From a virus (lineage: Duplodnaviria > Caudoviricetes), in IMG/VR virus record IMGVR_UViG_2061766007_000586, positions 160,001 to 224,000 of that record: a stretch of DNA of 64,000 bases. One strand, 5' to 3'. Position numbers and translations under genes: made by a program. The notes below the pieces were generated by a model. That model searched no databases, was not told the DNA's origin, and saw only the letters and a list, made by a program, of their open reading frames with translations. Positions 1 to 9,413 of the stretch are shown here, piece by piece (within the stretch, counting starts at the first letter, position 1; every line of letters starts with the position of its first letter).

Positions 1-139
1 TCAGTCATTTACAGTTTGTGCAGGCTATGATAAAGATAGTGTAATTGTAAATGCAAGATATGATACAGATTTATTATCTTGTATCACAACACAGCCTGCA
101 CAACGTTGGTTTGTAAATAAATCGAAATCATAATCAAAT

Positions 140-1852
140 ATGAAAGGAACTGCTATGGCAGAGAAAAAATTAAAGTCCGATATTAAGAAGACTACAAAGT
201 CTTGGGACGAATCAATTGCAAAAGCAAAACAAGAAGCTGAGCAAACAAAAGCTCAAGTAGATCAAACTGAACAAGATGTAGAAGCATCGATGAAGCGTCT
301 TGAAGCAAAACAGGCAGAACAGAAAAAACCTGAAGCTAAGCCGGAAGATAATGATACGTTTAAATCTTATTTCAGTGAAGAAGCTGGTATGAAGACAATT
401 GAAAATCCTCCTTACCAGCCTTCTGAAAAAGAATTAGAGCGTGAAAAGAGATGTGCTGCTGATAAATCAAATGATGCATCAAATTACATCCATGAAATTC
501 TTGGTGCAGATGATGCAGTCAGAAAAGCAACTGAGTTCATTGAGAAAGAACGTACTAATCTTAGTGGTATGACACGTGAACAGATTGCTGAGAATCCAGA
601 AGTACAAAAACTGTACGAGTGGTCTTCTCAGTTACGTGGTGCTCTTGAAGATAATGAGATGTTTGGTCAGCAAAAGCATCTTCTTCTCAGTATGATTGAT
701 GCTCTGAATCGTCATGATGTTTATCTGAAAGAACTCGATGAGAAGTTAAATATCTCTAAGGTTACAATGAAGCTTGATGGTAAACCGAAACTGTACAAAG
801 GTGAAGATGCTGTTCAGCTGATTAATAATCGTTATCGTGGTATTTACAAGGTACATCTTCACAACTCTGGTTTCTGGATCAAGATTGTTCCTCTTAGTCC
901 ATCTAATATGGATGCATGGATGCAGGAAGTTGACTTTAATTACAAACAGATTGGCCGTTTAATCGGTGGTCACTTCTATCTTGGTCTTGGTGTTTATCTG
1001 AAAGATAAGTTAGCAGATCTTCTTAGACTTACTGTTACTGATTCTAATCTTCAGAACTGGAAAGACGGATCCACTCTTGTTGATTCTATTTCTCTTCAGG
1101 ATTATGAAACAATCTGTTGGGCTTATGCTACTGCTATGCATCGTGATGGTATTCAGATTTCTACCGTGTGTACAAATCCTGAATGTCAAACCACAAATAA
1201 GCAGCAGTATGTTGATCTTGCTCGTTGCTCTTTTATTAATCCAGCTGTCTATTCAAAAGAAGCAATTACCTTTATGCTAGAGGGTAGTGCACCTGGAGTA
1301 ATTAGAACAAAGGAAGCACTACAAAACTATCGTACTAAGCTTCTTAAAAACGTTAGATTAATTAACTTTAACAAAACTGACCAGTTAGAATTAAGAGATC
1401 CTTCTCTGGGTCATTACATCAGAACTGGTATGAAAGTTATGGGTGAATTAATCGCCGCTGTCAATGGTGGTGGTGGAGATAAGAAGCCTTCTATTGATGA
1501 TGATAAGTCGAGACGTGAAACAGCCAATCGTCTTTCCACTATGCTGTCTCCTTGGGTGGCAAGAGTGATTTGTAAAGATGAAGCTGGTAATGTTCAAGCT
1601 ATTATTGAAGATCAACAGGCTATTTCTGATCTTCTTGAAACAGTTATTTCAGATCAAGATGATTTTGTTGCCCAGATTGAGCAGTTCATTACTGAGAGTA
1701 AGGTTTCGTTCTATGGATTCATTAATGCTAAGTGCCCGAAGTGTGGTAAGCAGATGGATCTTTTAAAAGAAAATATTGCTCCTCTTGATATGGAATACGT
1801 ACTTTTTTGTCTGTCCTATCTGAAGTTGGAACAGATAGGCAGGAACGCATAA
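140..1852 (+). CDS. Conserved phiKZ-like protein, putative tail/baseplate-hub assembly factor
   Basis: 570-aa ORF with a charged N-terminus and two Cys pairs (CTNPEC, CPKC). It resembles a conserved Chimalliviridae gene. The start may be the second Met. Confidence 0.5.
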   Translation: MKGTAMAEKKLKSDIKKTTKSWDESIAKAKQEAEQTKAQVDQTEQDVEASMKRLEAKQAEQKKPEAKPEDNDTFKSYFSEEAGMKTIENPPYQPSEKELEREKRCAADKSNDASNYIHEILGADDAVRKATEFIEKERTNLSGMTREQIAENPEVQKLYEWSSQLRGALEDNEMFGQQKHLLLSMIDALNRHDVYLKELDEKLNISKVTMKLDGKPKLYKGEDAVQLINNRYRGIYKVHLHNSGFWIKIVPLSPSNMDAWMQEVDFNYKQIGRLIGGHFYLGLGVYLKDKLADLLRLTVTDSNLQNWKDGSTLVDSISLQDYETICWAYATAMHRDGIQISTVCTNPECQTTNKQQYVDLARCSFINPAVYSKEAITFMLEGSAPGVIRTKEALQNYRTKLLKNVRLINFNKTDQLELRDPSLGHYIRTGMKVMGELIAAVNGGGGDKKPSIDDDKSRRETANRLSTMLSPWVARVICKDEAGNVQAIIEDQQAISDLLETVISDQDDFVAQIEQFITESKVSFYGFINAKCPKCGKQMDLLKENIAPLDMEYVLFCLSYLKLEQIGRNA

Positions 1853-2223
1853 ATTTAATTAATAAGTACATTCGTGAATTCGAAATGTATGGAGCGGATG
1901 CTATCTCTCAGGTTCCAGCAGAAAATCGTAATGTCAAGTTAAATCTTGTTACAGAGACATTTTTTGATGGTGATAAACCTTCTCACAATGTCAATGATTT
2001 TTCACATTATGGGAGACCAGATCCGCTCCAGTATCCTACAATTGATCGTATCATGAATATTTTGAAGATTCCTGAATCTCGTGAAATCTTTGGTTTAACA
2101 TTTAGAGATTTGATTGAGCTAGATGGAAGTACATTAGAGTATATCAATAATGCTGTACTTGAATTGTATAAACAAAGACAAGACATGATGCAGAAGGAAG
2201 AAGCAAAACATCGTGATATATAA
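1807..2223 (+). CDS. Small conserved phiKZ-like protein, possible -1 frameshift extension of the upstream ORF
   Basis: Motif EIFGLTFRDLIELD. It overlaps the upstream ORF in the -1 frame and has no clear RBS. Confidence 0.5.
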   Translation: MSVLSEVGTDRQERINLINKYIREFEMYGADAISQVPAENRNVKLNLVTETFFDGDKPSHNVNDFSHYGRPDPLQYPTIDRIMNILKIPESREIFGLTFRDLIELDGSTLEYINNAVLELYKQRQDMMQKEEAKHRDI

Positions 2224-2234
2224 CGGAGATTTAA

Positions 2235-4028
2235 ATGGAAAAACAAAACACCAAACCTAAATTGGAACACAATGTAATTGCAGGAGAAGAATTTAAGGAA
2301 GCAGTTGATGTAGTATTAACTGATTTACTTAATGTTCTTGCAGATCATTGTGGTCCTTATAAAGGAACAGCGATTTTAACAAATCCTGAAAATCCTTTAG
2401 CTGAACCCGTCTTTACTAAAGATGGTATTAATATTGTAGATAGTATTCGTTACAAGAATCCTGTCTATGATTTTATTCGCCAACAGATTGCTTATATGGG
2501 ATCTCGTGTAGATCGTGGAGCTGGTGATGGTACTACAAGTACTATGATTCTTATGGCTGCTATGATTCGTTATCTCTTCACTGTTAAAGAGGTTGCAGAT
2601 TATTCAGCTGCTGAATTGATTAGTACTTGGAATGAATTAGTTGATAGGATTGCTGCTCATTATAAACCTTACATTGATCGTGTTAAGAAGATCAATGATA
2701 GAAAACTGATTCGTTACATTGCTGGTTGTCAAGCATACACATCTTCTCATGGTGATCTTGAATTAGTTAAATGTATTGAAGAATTATTTGCTAGTTCACC
2801 TAAAGAAGTTTGGGATACTTTAACTGCTCAGCGTGCTGTGTATGAATCTGAGAAGAAATACAATCTTATCGTGAATAATGCAGAGTACACGTTAGATAAT
2901 GTTAGTATCTTCCCACGTACAGGTAATCAAGAATTTGGTACTCGTCATAGATACGATAACATTGACTGCTTGCTTTGGTATCACCTTAACCTTGGTGATG
3001 ATACACAGAAACCTCTGATTGATTTTATTGATGAGCGAATTAAGTCAACAGATGCTGAACCATTAGCCGTCATGTGCTGTAATGATTTAGACAATGTTAC
3101 AATGTCGCATTTCTACAATCTGTTTGCAGAGCATAAGAATTGTAAAGTTGTATTCATTACAGTTCCATTTGCTGATATGTCTGTTAATGATATTCAAGCA
3201 CTTGAAGCTATGCTTGTTGAAACTAAGAAAATCATTAATGCAAGAGAACGTTTAGAAACAAATCATTTAACTGATACTGTTAAACTTACGCTTGAATGCA
3301 AAAATGATAAGTGCAGAATTATTTCTGGTATTTTCAATAAGAGATTTACAGGAATCAATCCTCTTTATAAGAAAAAAGAATATCCTGGGTATAATAAATT
3401 TATCGAGAATATCAAGATTATTTTGAAGAAGGAAAAAGAAGATATTACGAGAAAGAACAATAAGCAGATTATTGCTTTTACTCGTATTCTTCATAAGCTT
3501 ATTTCTACGAAGGATGTTTCTTTTATCATTGGTGGCGCTGCATATGACAATGCGGCAGGTAGAGATGTTGCTATGGATTCTCTTCTTGCTACCAAGTGCT
3601 CATTAACACAGGGTTTTGTTGCAGGTCGTTTTGTAACATTAAATCATGTAATTGATGCAATAATGACATATACATTTACTATGGATGATAAAAAGAAACA
3701 ACAGTTATTTACTATCTTCCTTCATGCATTGATGGTTGGTATCAACAAGGTAAACGAATCACTTGGTGTCCTTGATAGAAAAGGAGTACTTCATGGTGAT
3801 TCTCCTGTTGATATTACACGCCTTAATGATCCATCCTATGCAATTCCAGCTGATCTTGAAACTGCTTTGAAAGAAAGAAAAGATTACTGTATTATTCAAC
3901 CTGCTATGACTGATATCACATTCCTCAAGAGATTTGGTGAATTAGGATTGAAGTTCTTGACAGCTAACAGTACAATCGCAGCTGGTCGTCAATGGGATAT
4001 TGAACATAAGGAAGACAGATATGGCTGA
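2235..4028 (+). CDS. groEL: GroEL-like (Cpn60) phage chaperonin
   Basis: Motifs CGPYKG, TKDGINIV, GAGDGTTS (ATP-binding), FIIGG and QGFVAG; 597 aa. Confidence 0.9.
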   Translation: MEKQNTKPKLEHNVIAGEEFKEAVDVVLTDLLNVLADHCGPYKGTAILTNPENPLAEPVFTKDGINIVDSIRYKNPVYDFIRQQIAYMGSRVDRGAGDGTTSTMILMAAMIRYLFTVKEVADYSAAELISTWNELVDRIAAHYKPYIDRVKKINDRKLIRYIAGCQAYTSSHGDLELVKCIEELFASSPKEVWDTLTAQRAVYESEKKYNLIVNNAEYTLDNVSIFPRTGNQEFGTRHRYDNIDCLLWYHLNLGDDTQKPLIDFIDERIKSTDAEPLAVMCCNDLDNVTMSHFYNLFAEHKNCKVVFITVPFADMSVNDIQALEAMLVETKKIINARERLETNHLTDTVKLTLECKNDKCRIISGIFNKRFTGINPLYKKKEYPGYNKFIENIKIILKKEKEDITRKNNKQIIAFTRILHKLISTKDVSFIIGGAAYDNAAGRDVAMDSLLATKCSLTQGFVAGRFVTLNHVIDAIMTYTFTMDDKKKQQLFTIFLHALMVGINKVNESLGVLDRKGVLHGDSPVDITRLNDPSYAIPADLETALKERKDYCIIQPAMTDITFLKRFGELGLKFLTANSTIAAGRQWDIEHKEDRYG

Positions 4029-4452
4029 TGTAACTGATGTAGTTGGTAAAGATTCAGTAAAGACTGTACAGACAGGTGATCGAATTAGTTTTTATGTATA
4101 CGACTCATCTGTAGAGATTACAGGAACTGTTCAGGCAGTTGCTAATTATGCAATTGCTAGATCAATGAATACTGATCTTGCTGCAAAACATGCAAAGATT
4201 CAATCAATTATTGCTGCAACTGGTGAAGTTCCAAATGAAGTAACAGATGAAACATTCTTCATTTTGGATACTGGTGGAACAAGACCTACGGTTGTTGCTA
4301 TGAGTTGGATTGTGAATGGAGTTGTTGAACATGTAGTTCAAGGATCGAATTACACAATCAAACTTATTAATTGTACTAAAGCAAAAGCTGAACTTGCTCT
4401 TGATATTTTACGTAGAGCAAATATTGCTTGTAGTTTAAGTATGCAGTATTAA
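4021..4452 (+). CDS. Conserved jumbo-phage hypothetical protein, possible SH3-like barrel
   Basis: ATG at 4021 after AAGGA; followed by a terminator hairpin. Confidence 0.55.
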   Translation: MADVTDVVGKDSVKTVQTGDRISFYVYDSSVEITGTVQAVANYAIARSMNTDLAAKHAKIQSIIAATGEVPNEVTDETFFILDTGGTRPTVVAMSWIVNGVVEHVVQGSNYTIKLINCTKAKAELALDILRRANIACSLSMQY

Positions 4453-4455
4453 AGT

Positions 4456-4487
4456 TAGAACACCTGAGCATATGCTCAGGTGTTCTA
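4456..4487. terminator. Bidirectional hairpin terminator
   Basis: Perfect inverted repeat tagaacacctgagca/tgctcaggtgttcta between convergent genes. Confidence 0.8.
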
Positions 4488-4490
4488 TAT

Positions 4491-5390
4491 TTACTTTATT
4501 TCATTAAAATAAGCAGCATGATAATTCTGCATTGTAAGAACAGAGTTCTTAATAGCCATCACAATTTGTGATATGAAGTGAATAGATTTTACTGCATCTT
4601 CATATCCATATTTTTGGATGCGTTTTGAAATTCCATATTTAATAGAAGATAAATCTTTGAGATGTTGATTTAATACAACATGATTCACTCTATCACTCAT
4701 TTCATTGATTTGGTTCACCTCTATTTCAGCACTTTCATTAGACTGATAAGTTGGTGACGGTAAATCGATAGAGGTATAGTCGTGTTCATGAATTTCTACA
4801 TGTCCTAACACCATGCTTAATTCATTATCTTCCATAAACTTATCATGAAGTTGCTGATAAGATAAATCTTCACAACCTAACTTACAAATACTTGTAAGAA
4901 TTTCATTGTAAGTAGTTGTTAAATTATCTATCGCATGATAATTATAAACAACTGTTTTACTATCAGGAATTTCATCCAAGGTTTTGTATTGCTTTTTGTT
5001 ATTTAGATCAGCAATACTACACTCCAGCATATTAAGTAATTCACGATTCAGATAGTCAGATGTTTTTGTATTAACTGTATGAATTTGGTTCACCAGATAT
5101 GTTGGACGATCATCGTCATTTAGCGTAGCATAGGTTTCTATGCTCTGACGAAGTATATCATCAGTCAAGCAAGATTCTTTTAAATTGATTGCACAATCAT
5201 CACAAAAAGAAATAGCTTTTCGAGTACCTTCAATCTTTTTGATGTATCCTTCTAAAGAACTATAACGTTTCAGTTCACGTGCAGAATGTAAAAGATCACT
5301 ACATTGTTCTTGAAGATGTAATTGATCTTCTTGAACCTCTGTATTGAAATGCATAGCCTGATTTAATAAATCAATGGTTGATTGTTTCAT
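4491..5390 (-). CDS. Putative virion head protein
   Basis: 299 aa, helical, with an S-L-E motif like phiKZ prohead-protease sites; structural gene cluster. Confidence 0.5.
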   Translation of the reverse strand: MKQSTIDLLNQAMHFNTEVQEDQLHLQEQCSDLLHSARELKRYSSLEGYIKKIEGTRKAISFCDDCAINLKESCLTDDILRQSIETYATLNDDDRPTYLVNQIHTVNTKTSDYLNRELLNMLECSIADLNNKKQYKTLDEIPDSKTVVYNYHAIDNLTTTYNEILTSICKLGCEDLSYQQLHDKFMEDNELSMVLGHVEIHEHDYTSIDLPSPTYQSNESAEIEVNQINEMSDRVNHVVLNQHLKDLSSIKYGISKRIQKYGYEDAVKSIHFISQIVMAIKNSVLTMQNYHAAYFNEIK

Positions 5391-6963
5391 TGTTTTGACT
5401 TTCTGCTTTTTGTTTTAATCCGTAAGACAGAGCATAGAGTTGGTTATGCATTAATTGTCTTACTTGTTTCCAAAGACGTTCATATTCTTCTTGGAATCTA
5501 CCGGAAATTAACATAGCGTATGGAGTAGTAATAATGTATTCAAAACTATTACGAATAGCTTTGTTTGCTTTTTCCCATCTACGTTCGAATTCATTATTTT
5601 CTACAAGATCTTTTACAATCTTGAATGCCTCATAGTAAGCATTTAGTTGTTCAGGATCAACATTATTGGATTTAAATGCTTTAATAATATCCATTAAGGC
5701 ATTCATTTCACGTTGATATTGATCTGGGTGAACATAGTCTTCGGCATAGCCTTTAAATAAACTATATGCCATCCATGGAAGTAAGCGGAAGAAGAAGTCA
5801 ACTTTACTACCACTCTTAAATCCTTTACTACCTATGTATCTAAACCATTTCGCCATCTTACTTTCAGCTACAGCGTGATAATGAGTAAATCCCATTTTGG
5901 ATACATATTCATCAGCACATTCTTCCCAGTAATATCCACCAGCACTTAGTTCGCTGAAGAAGTCTGAAGTCTTTCCATCTTTTTCATATGATCTAGCGTG
6001 TTCTTTAAATCCACAGAACATAGGACGTAAAGCTTCTCCAATAACACGAAGTCCAATATATGGAATCACCCACATTGTTTTCCAAATCATAGACAGGAAA
6101 GATCCGATCACATCACCCATATCGTTCTTTTTAGAACCAGAGCAATTTTTAAGAATTTCTTTTGTTTTCTCATTAAATCGTTTTGCTTGTTGCGGGAATG
6201 CTTTTGCAATTGCTGCAGCTTTAATCTGATTCTGAGATTGCTTCGAGAAATTCTCTGTTGCTTTCTTAGCTCCATCATAAAGAATTTGTTTTTTATAACA
6301 AAGATCTTGTGCATGAAGAATAAAGCTAATCACATGTCCACATTCATGGCAAATAATAGAAGCCAGTTCTTCTGCTGTTAAGTTAGGAAATCCACTACCT
6401 AATAATTCAGGAATAAAGAAAGAACCATAAGGACATAACCAGAGTTCAAATTCTAATCCGTGTTTCTCGAATAAGCCAGCTCTCATGGCTGCTTTATCTA
6501 ATACAATGGATTTAGATAATTTAACAAGTTCTTCTTGTGTTTTAATATCAGCATAGTTTTGAGCCCATTTTTCATAAATAGCAGCAGGAACTTGTCCACA
6601 TGCTCTAGCTTCAATAGCCCAGGTAATAGGAAGTCTTCCTTCCTTTAAACGACCAGTTACAAGATCATATTCACCAAGATGGAATACTGCTCCCCAGTTT
6701 AACTCAGGACGTTTTTCAAGTTTAATAACTGCATTAAGACCTGTGTATTTTTTAATTACTTGGGCTAAATCTTTAGCATATTTAGTTTTGAATTTTTCAA
6801 TAACAAATTTAACGAGCTTTGAGCCACGCATTTTCTTTTTTGACTCATCTCGAAAATCTATTACGTCTTGAAAAACTTTTGTAAGTTCTGTACCAAGATT
6901 CGGTGGACTTTGGAAGTGAATCTCATACAGTTCTTCTTGAGAGTGTATTAAATTCGGAGACAT
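5371..6963 (-). CDS. Virion-associated zinc metallopeptidase-like protein (M48/M56-like)
   Basis: ASIICHECGH (HExxH), a downstream EECAD and YVHP. Confidence 0.7.
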   Translation of the reverse strand: MSPNLIHSQEELYEIHFQSPPNLGTELTKVFQDVIDFRDESKKKMRGSKLVKFVIEKFKTKYAKDLAQVIKKYTGLNAVIKLEKRPELNWGAVFHLGEYDLVTGRLKEGRLPITWAIEARACGQVPAAIYEKWAQNYADIKTQEELVKLSKSIVLDKAAMRAGLFEKHGLEFELWLCPYGSFFIPELLGSGFPNLTAEELASIICHECGHVISFILHAQDLCYKKQILYDGAKKATENFSKQSQNQIKAAAIAKAFPQQAKRFNEKTKEILKNCSGSKKNDMGDVIGSFLSMIWKTMWVIPYIGLRVIGEALRPMFCGFKEHARSYEKDGKTSDFFSELSAGGYYWEECADEYVSKMGFTHYHAVAESKMAKWFRYIGSKGFKSGSKVDFFFRLLPWMAYSLFKGYAEDYVHPDQYQREMNALMDIIKAFKSNNVDPEQLNAYYEAFKIVKDLVENNEFERRWEKANKAIRNSFEYIITTPYAMLISGRFQEEYERLWKQVRQLMHNQLYALSYGLKQKAESQNNETINH

Positions 6964-7020
6964 AATACTTATCCTTTATTACAATATATATGTAAATTGC
7001 ATAGGATGAACCCAAAAAAG

Positions 7021-7048
7021 AAGGAGATCTATATTTCAAGATCTCCTT
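7021..7048 (-). terminator. Intrinsic terminator
   Basis: Hairpin aaggagatct/agatctcctt followed by a T-tract on the minus strand. Confidence 0.75.
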
Positions 7049-7141
7049 AGGCTTTGATTACTAACGAGACAACATGTCAGATATAAAGTTGTTGTTATTC
7101 AAAGCTCCTTCTTTCTTGGTTGTTTTGTTTTGAAATTAAAA

Positions 7142-7243
7142 TCAAATCAATGCTAGAAGCATGACTTTTGATGCAGGCGTTAGCACTGCAATGTGCGCAC
7201 ACTTCACATAACCAAGAAATACCATTGTTACAAGTGGACTCAT
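7142..7243 (-). CDS. 33-aa hydrophobic small peptide (not in the ORF track)
   Basis: Perfect SD AAAGGAGGTGA before ATG; MSPLVTMVFLGYVKCAHIAVLTPASKVMLLALI*; own promoter motif at 7286-7293 and terminator at 7021-7048. Confidence 0.55.
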   Translation of the reverse strand: MSPLVTMVFLGYVKCAHIAVLTPASKVMLLALI

Positions 7244-7322
7244 ATCGTTCACCTCCTTTCAGTTTGGTATTTCTTTTCTATTTAAGGAATATATATTTTA
7301 GATAAATTGAACAGCATAAAGG

Positions 7323-7354
7323 CCTATCTGGTGTCCAAATGGACACCAGATAGG
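7323..7354. terminator. Hairpin terminator
   Basis: Perfect inverted repeat cctatctggtgtcca/tggacaccagatagg after the 7364 ORF. Confidence 0.75.
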
Positions 7355-7363
7355 TAAATACGA

Positions 7364-8482
7364 TTAGAAGCTAAAGTCGCCAAAGGAGAAACGGCTGTTA
7401 TCTTCGTCAAACATATTCATTGCGTTCTTGAGTTCGCCATCATGCCCACCAGCAGGTGAAGCAACGGGAACTTTAATCGGCTCGGTCAGTTTGGCTTTCG
7501 GATCAGGTTCACCAATCGGGCAAACGTCGTTACCGTTACCATCTACGGGCTCTGCAGGCTTTGCAGTGCTACCGGACGGAAGTCCGTCTGGTTCAGCGAC
7601 GTTTGCATCATCGAAAAAAGATGCGAGGTCCTTAATGACTTCGTCGTTCTCATCTTCTTTCTTCTTGTCTTTGTCATCGCCTTCGAGAGGAGCACTCTTG
7701 GAAGCGCCATCATCATCAGAACCCTTATCGGCAGGCTTTTCGGCTTTATCGCCATCTTCAGCTTTTTCACCTTCGTCCTTGCCATCATCTTCACCTTCAT
7801 CATCACCGGAAGCGTCATCATCATCCTTCTTATCGAAGAAGTTCAGAACATCATCATACTCGGTAGACTTCTGTTTGGAGATTTCATCTTGACCAAAGGG
7901 TTCAGTCTTCATGCCGTTCGGATCATCCTTTTCGGGAAGAGCGCCAGCAGCAGGCTGACCTGCGGCTTCTTTTTCACCAGCCTGTTCGTTCTCTTTCGGG
8001 AGATCGACTTTGACAGGAGGAACTGGATCAGGATTTTCATCGAGGAAGTTAAAGAGATCATTAAGTTCCTTTTCAGGATCTTTCTTTTCTTCTTTATCAT
8101 CATCTTCGCCAGCATCGTCATCTGCGTCATCAGTCTTTTTGCCTTTCTTTTCAGCATCAAGAGCTTTTTCGGTGTTGGCATCTGCACCACCCTGGTCGCC
8201 TTTGGCTGCAGCTGCAGCAGCTTCTTCATCTTCTTTTTCGAGCTTGTCGAAGATATTCAGAAGTTCATCAAAAGCAGCGGACGGTTTGTCGCCAGTGAAA
8301 TCAGGATGATCACCAGCCGGTTCATTCTTAACGCCCTTCGGGTCGTCATTTTCAGGAAGATCACCAGTAGCAGGCTGTCCAGCAGCTTCTTTTTCAGGTG
8401 CTTTCTCATTATCTTTCGGAAGGTCAACAGTAGGATTAGACACAGGGTCTTCATCCATAAAAATATCTTTCCAATCAGCCAT
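7364..8482 (-). CDS. Acidic, intrinsically disordered repeat protein (possible scaffold/internal head protein)
   Basis: D/E/K/P/G-rich; internal ~40-aa duplication; higher GC than neighbouring genes. Confidence 0.7.
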   Translation of the reverse strand: MADWKDIFMDEDPVSNPTVDLPKDNEKAPEKEAAGQPATGDLPENDDPKGVKNEPAGDHPDFTGDKPSAAFDELLNIFDKLEKEDEEAAAAAAKGDQGGADANTEKALDAEKKGKKTDDADDDAGEDDDKEEKKDPEKELNDLFNFLDENPDPVPPVKVDLPKENEQAGEKEAAGQPAAGALPEKDDPNGMKTEPFGQDEISKQKSTEYDDVLNFFDKKDDDDASGDDEGEDDGKDEGEKAEDGDKAEKPADKGSDDDGASKSAPLEGDDKDKKKEDENDEVIKDLASFFDDANVAEPDGLPSGSTAKPAEPVDGNGNDVCPIGEPDPKAKLTEPIKVPVASPAGGHDGELKNAMNMFDEDNSRFSFGDFSF

Positions 8483-8505
8483 AATAAAATCCTTTATATT
8501 AAAGA

Positions 8506-9411
8506 TTATGGAGTGTAATTGACTTCGGCCATGTGTACGGAATAACCTGCTTCATAGGCCGTATAAGAAGCAGACTGTAGTAAGAACATAAGAGAACTTA
8601 GAGCAACAGTATAGCATTGTAGATCTGAAACTTTCTTCATAGCATTTTGAATGTCTTGCTTAGAATAAGATTCTGGCTTGATCTGTTTCACGTATTCTGC
8701 GACAGCTGTATACTTGCTGTTAATTGTAGCTACGATATCTTGCTTTTGTTGAACGATCTTAAGATAAGAAGGTGCTCCGTAATCAGCTGACGGACCAGCA
8801 AAATATTGTAATTCTGTATGGAATGCTTCAGTTGAATGACCTAAAGCTTCTAGAGATCCTGATTCGCTATTAAGCAAAGCATTAATTCTAGGATAATCGA
8901 GTTGACTATCTTTATAACTACACTTCAGTAATTTGACACAAGAGAACTTGATATCATCGTCAGCATGTTTGACAACGACATCAGCAAGTTGTTCAATGAT
9001 AGCAAGAGGATAATCATTCTTCTTGTTTTTACGGAAATACGTTACACGAGTATTCTTCAAATTATTATACACTTCTTCTCCGTAGATAGCAGTGAATACT
9101 TCATTTGATTTTAATAAAGGTGTAATGGATTCCTGAGACAACTTACATTGTTTCTCAAGTACATCAATGTAGCGAAGTGCAGCTTGCTGTAAGGTTGAAG
9201 CATATGCTACAATTTCTTTTGAGAATTTGTTCAGACTAGCAGTCACATTTGTAAGAGCCTCAATCGAGGATATTACACGTTTCTGGTCTTCACTTGAAAC
9301 AGGTTGCAACAGATTGTAATCTACAATATACGGTTTAATGTCTTGAAACGTTTCATGCGCTTCAACACTAAGCTCCATATATGCTTCTGCATTGTGTTGT
9401 AATTGTTTCAT
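8506..9411 (-). CDS. Putative virion structural (head) protein
   Basis: Likely start MKQLQH; S-x-E motifs (LSVE, SSIE, GSLE). Confidence 0.55.
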   Translation of the reverse strand: MKQLQHNAEAYMELSVEAHETFQDIKPYIVDYNLLQPVSSEDQKRVISSIEALTNVTASLNKFSKEIVAYASTLQQAALRYIDVLEKQCKLSQESITPLLKSNEVFTAIYGEEVYNNLKNTRVTYFRKNKKNDYPLAIIEQLADVVVKHADDDIKFSCVKLLKCSYKDSQLDYPRINALLNSESGSLEALGHSTEAFHTELQYFAGPSADYGAPSYLKIVQQKQDIVATINSKYTAVAEYVKQIKPESYSKQDIQNAMKKVSDLQCYTVALSSLMFLLQSASYTAYEAGYSVHMAEVNYTP

Positions 9412-9413
9412 AA

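Noticed and set aside
7428-8518. Long plus-strand and alternate-frame ORFs over the acidic protein gene
   Set aside because: They are shadow ORFs produced by low-complexity codons, with no RBS.
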